NCBI GenBank assembly: GCA_010909165.1
Contig: MU008164.1
Location: 1,178,001 to 1,242,000 of the forward strand
Length of the DNA stretch: 64,000 nt
From: Anthoceros angustus
Taxonomy: Eukaryota > Plantae > Anthocerotophyta
Reading direction: 5' to 3'
The position numbers were made by a program, and so were the translations under genes. Of the stretch, positions 59,571-64,000 are shown piece after piece. The notes under the pieces are model-generated. The model was not told the origin of the DNA and made no database searches. It was given only the letters and a program-made list of their open reading frames with translations. Within the stretch, counting starts at the first letter, position 1, and every line of letters starts with the position of its first letter.

Positions 59571-60360
59571 ATGATCACAAAAGATCCTTCCTCCCAATCA
59601 GCCTATCAAAAGGAAAGAGTGTTGATGAGGAGGAAATGGAAGCTCACATTTCAAATTTCAAAGGATGCACCTCAAGTTATTATTGTGAAGGCAAAAAAAG
59701 TGTCAATAAATATACCTTCAATATCAGCACCACCTTCGAACAGTGGAGTAGGAGATCATGTTTTAGACTTGCTTACATTGTTTGGGCCTCGGCTTAAGAA
59801 AGCTCGCACTTGGTCCCAAGATATCTATAGAAATAGGGAATGTTTGGCTCCTGATGTTATGGCATCATGGGTCTCAAATGTGGATCAATATTTTGAAGTG
59901 CTTAGCCGGGATGACAAATATAAAGTCCTTCTACATGCGACAACCCATCTTTTTAGAAGTTTTATGGCAATGAGGTTATTGTGCGAGAGGCAGCCTTTTT
60001 TGCCATGGTTGCCTTTCCTAGGGCAGGGAAAGACTACAATCGGTGAGATGGTGGGATTTCTACCTCAGAATAGGTTGGAACTCTCCCTTGTGGATAAAAA
60101 TATAATTTTAAAAGAATATATAACAAATAAATGGATAGACGAATTCGTACTTATAATAGAGAACTCCAAAGAGTATGACCTATGCTTATATCATGGTCTA
60201 TAGGTCCGACCTGATGGTCAGTGGTTGACTCAAGAAGATGGGATGAAGGTGGATCAAATCCTTCTACCTATTAAGCTTTCCTACAAGGAGCAATTTTTAA
60301 ACCTAGGGAACATACATATTCAGAGTTTTTGGACTACTTGAAATGTAATTAGCGACTTTT
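59571..60360 (+). other. AT-rich ORF of unknown function (210 aa plus read-through segment), probably TE-associated
   Basis: ORF 59571..60203; the same frame continues open after the stop (VRPDGQWLTQEDGMKVDQILLPIKL). No family recognised with confidence. Confidence 0.3.
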
Positions 60361-60611
60361 GACAGTCCTCAAAGATATAGAGAAAAGGATTGTTATAGGT
60401 TGAATGATCGATGAAGCTAATTCAGCACAAGGAGCATTTCCAGGCACCATGGAGGATCACGAGTGCCTAGTTGAGGGACTGTTGCACCCTTCATCGGCTC
60501 GCGCTTGTAGCCGGAAAGGCTTTCTTAGCTCCACGAATCATATGAGAGAGGTGAAAGTGGCCAACACGTTGATTGATACCGAAATTTGGTGCTCACCTAA
60601 CGGACGGCAAT

Positions 60612-61761
60612 TCAACGAAGAAGCCCAACAAGCACTAGCATGTTGTAGAGGAAATGGATGGCAAAGGATGCTGCTAAATTCTCTGTCCATAGGTATGCTG
60701 CGCCTAGCACCGAACCTACGATGAACAGGGCTGGAAAGCCCGACAGGTTGAAATGGGCCAAGGCAAAAATCAAGGAACTGCAAGCAACGGCAGTGGACCA
60801 CGGCATGTGGCTTGCCAAGCAGGAGAGCAGATAGCCCCGGAAAACGAATTCCTCCATGTAGGGCACAATTCCGAGGCACACAGCGTACGTCATGCCAGCA
60901 GTGAGTGCATCTCCACTGATCAGCTCCCCGAGTCCATGCAGCTCCTCTCGCATCTGCAATCAAGCCACCATTCTTTTCAGAAACCTCGGCTCTCCAGATC
61001 CCACATGGCTTTGCTTCCCGGGCTCCAGCGGGCTGACCTCGGCGGAAGGCAGCTGTTGCAGGAAGGTGGCGGAGGAGCCCACGGCCAGGAGCAGGACGCC
61101 GGTTCCCGCAAGCGCGGCGAGAGCCCAGTTCCTGCTTCCCCCGCCAGCGCCGAGGCTGAAGCGGAAGGGGTCGCGTGAGAGGCGGCAGTCCTTGAGGCTG
61201 TCGCGCACCAACCACACTGCGCCCGCCATCTCCGTCACCTGCAGCAGCAGCAGGGAAACCGCCTGCGCATTCCGAGGCAGCGGGTTGTGTGAGTTCAATT
61301 CAAAGCAAGACAGCCGGATTGCAGAGCCTGCCAAATGGAATCTGTGGATACCGTGGTGCGAGGATCCAGCGTCTCCCGTTGCAGCAGGTGCGCCACCACC
61401 GACAAGCCCTGAATGCTGAGAGGGAAATGCAGGACGCCGAAATAGGTCACCATGGTGGCTCCGACCAGCCCCTTCACACATCACCACCTGCTTAGCCGCG
61501 GCCATGGCGGGTTCCGGATGCGGATGCAAGCTACATCGCATTTGCAGGGACGGAGCTCACTAGGGCAGGAGGAGTGTTGTTCTCATCCCGGCCGGATGCC
61601 GGCGGTGGAGCTTCCTTGCTCCGGGACACGCACAGCTGCATCTTTTCGAGACATCGGGCTGTGCCACGGGAAGATCGGCTGCGGCTGCGGCTGCCCGCAG
61701 ACACCAGGCTCCAGCAGCCAGGGAAAGGCAGCACAGGCCACCTGCTCGCCACAGACGCCAT
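60612..61761 (-). CDS. CAAX amino-terminal protease family (CPBP/Abi, Rce1-like) protein, likely plastid-targeted, 4 exons
   Basis: Predicted exons 61761-61561, 61487-61352, 61262-61038, 60953-60612 (GT-AG). Last exon has PYMEEFVFRG, SSLIFALAH and AIHFLYN (EExxxR, FxxxH, HxxxN motifs). Exon 2 is 136 nt, i.e. one apparent frameshift. Confidence 0.85.
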
Positions 61762-62075
61762 AGCCACGACACTAGAAGCTTCCAGACGCCATAGCCATAA
61801 CAGAAGAAACTTTCAAGGAAGAAAAACATGAACGATATGGACATTCATTCCGTCCGCTGAACTTAGTGTTTCAGCCAAGGGCCGGATTGCCATACTGGTG
61901 TACATCCGACCAAGTGCCAGAGAAGCCTCCGCACTGTACGCAGTGCTTATTCAGTCTCATTCCAACCGCTGTTTCGGAGTCTCGTAGTATATAAACTAGT
62001 GCTGAGTCTGATGGTCTTTTCAGCGAGGAAACGAATGATCCTAATACGAAGTATAGCAAAGGAAAATTGATGCTG

Positions 62076-64000
62076 TCACAGATGCTTCGCCACCGCTTCT
62101 GCTGCAGCTCGGATCCAAGCGGCAGCAGCAACAGCTCCAGGGTCGGGGACGGTGGAGAGGACTTCAGGAGGGACGTAGCTCGAGCGCCCGGCCTGCGCCA
62201 TAGAAAGAGTATGTTAAATTCTCGAGGTGAAGAGAGGATGCCTCATTCTGGCGTTTCAAAGGGGGATATAGCTGCTTCACCTGGGCTTGCATGGTCTTGG
62301 TTGATTCGGCTCCAGCCTCGGCCGCACCCGCTGCTGCTAGAGCCGCTTTCACCGGGTCCTCACCTCGAGCCAATGCCTGTCATGGCAAGCACCATGCACA
62401 AGCTTCAGATGATGTTCAACGATTGCTGCAGCTTGACAAATCCTTGACAGGTTAACCAACCTCCTTCAGCTCGGCGGATGCGGGAATGAAAGCATCAAGC
62501 AGAGTTCGTTGGCCCGCGGTAGCCCCACCGTAAGTGATGACAGCTTTCACGGCCGTCTCAAACGCGGATGACCCTGCAGACACGAATACTTGTCAGGAGG
62601 GTTGCCTGACCTCAGGAAGCGTTTCTGCTTCCAACCCATGGACATTCATGAAACACGCTGTTCATACTCCAGGCAGGAAACGAGACTCGTTTCTTCGACG
62701 TGATGGGGGGACTTACATCTCTTAGCTGGAGGAGTGGACGCCGCAGCCTCCTTCAACCGCACGTATGCGGCCCGAAAGAAGATATCGTATCTGCGGCGAT
62801 GTATGAAGAAGCAGCAGTTCAAGACATGAGCAACACATTCAGGGACAAGGACGCGATGCACTTCACAGCCAAAAAGTGAAATGGGTTGGTCGGCAACTCA
62901 CAGCACTCCGCTTGTGCCACCGGCTACGCGTCTCACCGAAGCACCAATCTCATTGACGGTAGCGGCGTCATCGTTCAAAGGGTACCTGCAAAAGCAAACC
63001 TTTCACTTCGGTAACAGCCTCCTTCCTTTTGCTAAGGATGCAGTTTTGCTTGTAAAATCAGGATTCAGGTTTGGATCTCCTTTTGCCAAGGATGCAGTAC
63101 TTAGAGGCGGACTTAAACTCCTTACCGCTTTTTCATATCGTCGAGAATTGCCGTGGAAGCCTTCGCCATCTACGGTGTTAAAGCAGAATGAAGATAGGAT
63201 GTTGAGTATGAGGAATTCAACTCCAGGGAAGTCTTGTGAAATCAAAAGTTGGGAAAAAGTTCTTACTGTAATCCCACAATCTCCGTCACCAACTTTGCTA
63301 TCGTAATCGTTCAGAACCTTTGTGAGCTTAATGAGCGCCTCTGCAGCTGCACGGATGGCTTGTTCTAACAGGTAACCGTGTCTGCTGAGCTCCTGAGGTC
63401 TTTGTGGCACCTGTCCATACCATCATGGCGTGTGACTTTCAGGTACATTCGCGGAGACGAAAACAGACAGGTCTGCACAGTGGTGGCACGGTCCAGAGAT
63501 TACTCAAGAAAGTAGCATGATGACATACCACAACTGACTTGGAGGGGTCAGGGGCAAGCGGCACGGGCAATGTTGTTGGGGGTCGCGGCCCTGAAAGGAA
63601 AACACACAGCTATGACAGACAAGCCAAAGCTCAAGCGGGAACGGCAAGCCTATTCTTCAGTCTAGCTCATGACATGCCCAGGTGATGGTCTTGTCATTTC
63701 CAAGCGCATCCAACTTTCATGAGGGACCTCTGCGGATTTACATCAAAGAGGTTGACGTTCAACATACCATCAACGCCCACGGGCCAAGCAGGAGCCTTGG
63801 TAGGAGCATCGAGCCTCTGCAGAATGCAATCGTCCACCTTCAAAACTGAGAGGGAAAGTCCTGCTCGAGGTCGGGCCACAACACACAACAGTCAGTGGGA
63901 GCTTGAGCTACCGTTTCGCATGGACTGCAGCTAGCGAGCACCATAAAACTTGTAGACAGTGTCGGGGTCTGTAAATCCTTGCCTGCCATATCAAGAGACG
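62076..64000 (-). CDS. DAK: Dihydroxyacetone/triose kinase (DAK1-DAK2), 3' exons; gene continues beyond the window
   Basis: Exons: to 63983 (SLDMAG), 63860-63768 (LSLSVLKVDDCILQRLDAPTKAPAWPVGVD), 63590-63529, 63410-63267 (LNDYDSKVGDGDCGIT), 63169-63126, 62985-62902 (GGTSGVL), 62790-62717, 62573-62461 (YGGATAGQRTLLDA), 62376-62281 (AGAESTKTMQAQ), 62192-62076 (AGRSSYV..VPDPGA). Frame intact. Confidence 0.94.

Overview
Nuclear DNA of a non-seed land plant (fern- or hornwort-like, inferred from the PLS-class PPR style, short GC-rich introns and TE repertoire; species not identifiable from sequence alone). Host genes lie mostly at the edges: the 5' part of an amidophosphoribosyltransferase (1-483, -), an intronless GDSL lipase, an ATL-type RING-H2 gene, a CAAX-protease (CPBP) gene and the 3' exons of a dihydroxyacetone kinase. 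The middle is nested transposons. A decayed Copia element (6013-12849) carries a 1.7-kb TIR element with a 4-bp TSD. A decayed DUF7869/Sola-like transposase is split by a ~26.5-kb CACTA element (21581-48124, AAG TSD). That CACTA holds TnpD, a SET-domain ORF, a second divergent ORF, and PPR, P450 and retroelement cargo. At least five PPR pseudogene loci and 5' fragments of RPS3a, pantothenate synthetase and AspRS are scattered through the window. Top observations: (1) a disrupted ORF at 54244-55127 with the motif set of canonical animal-type caspases, not plant metacaspases; (2) a SET-domain gene inside the CACTA element. Caveat: many duplications differ mainly by 1-nt indels, so some frameshifts may be long-read consensus errors. 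No rRNA, tRNA or CRISPR array was found. All family assignments come from manual translation and motif recognition; no database search was run.
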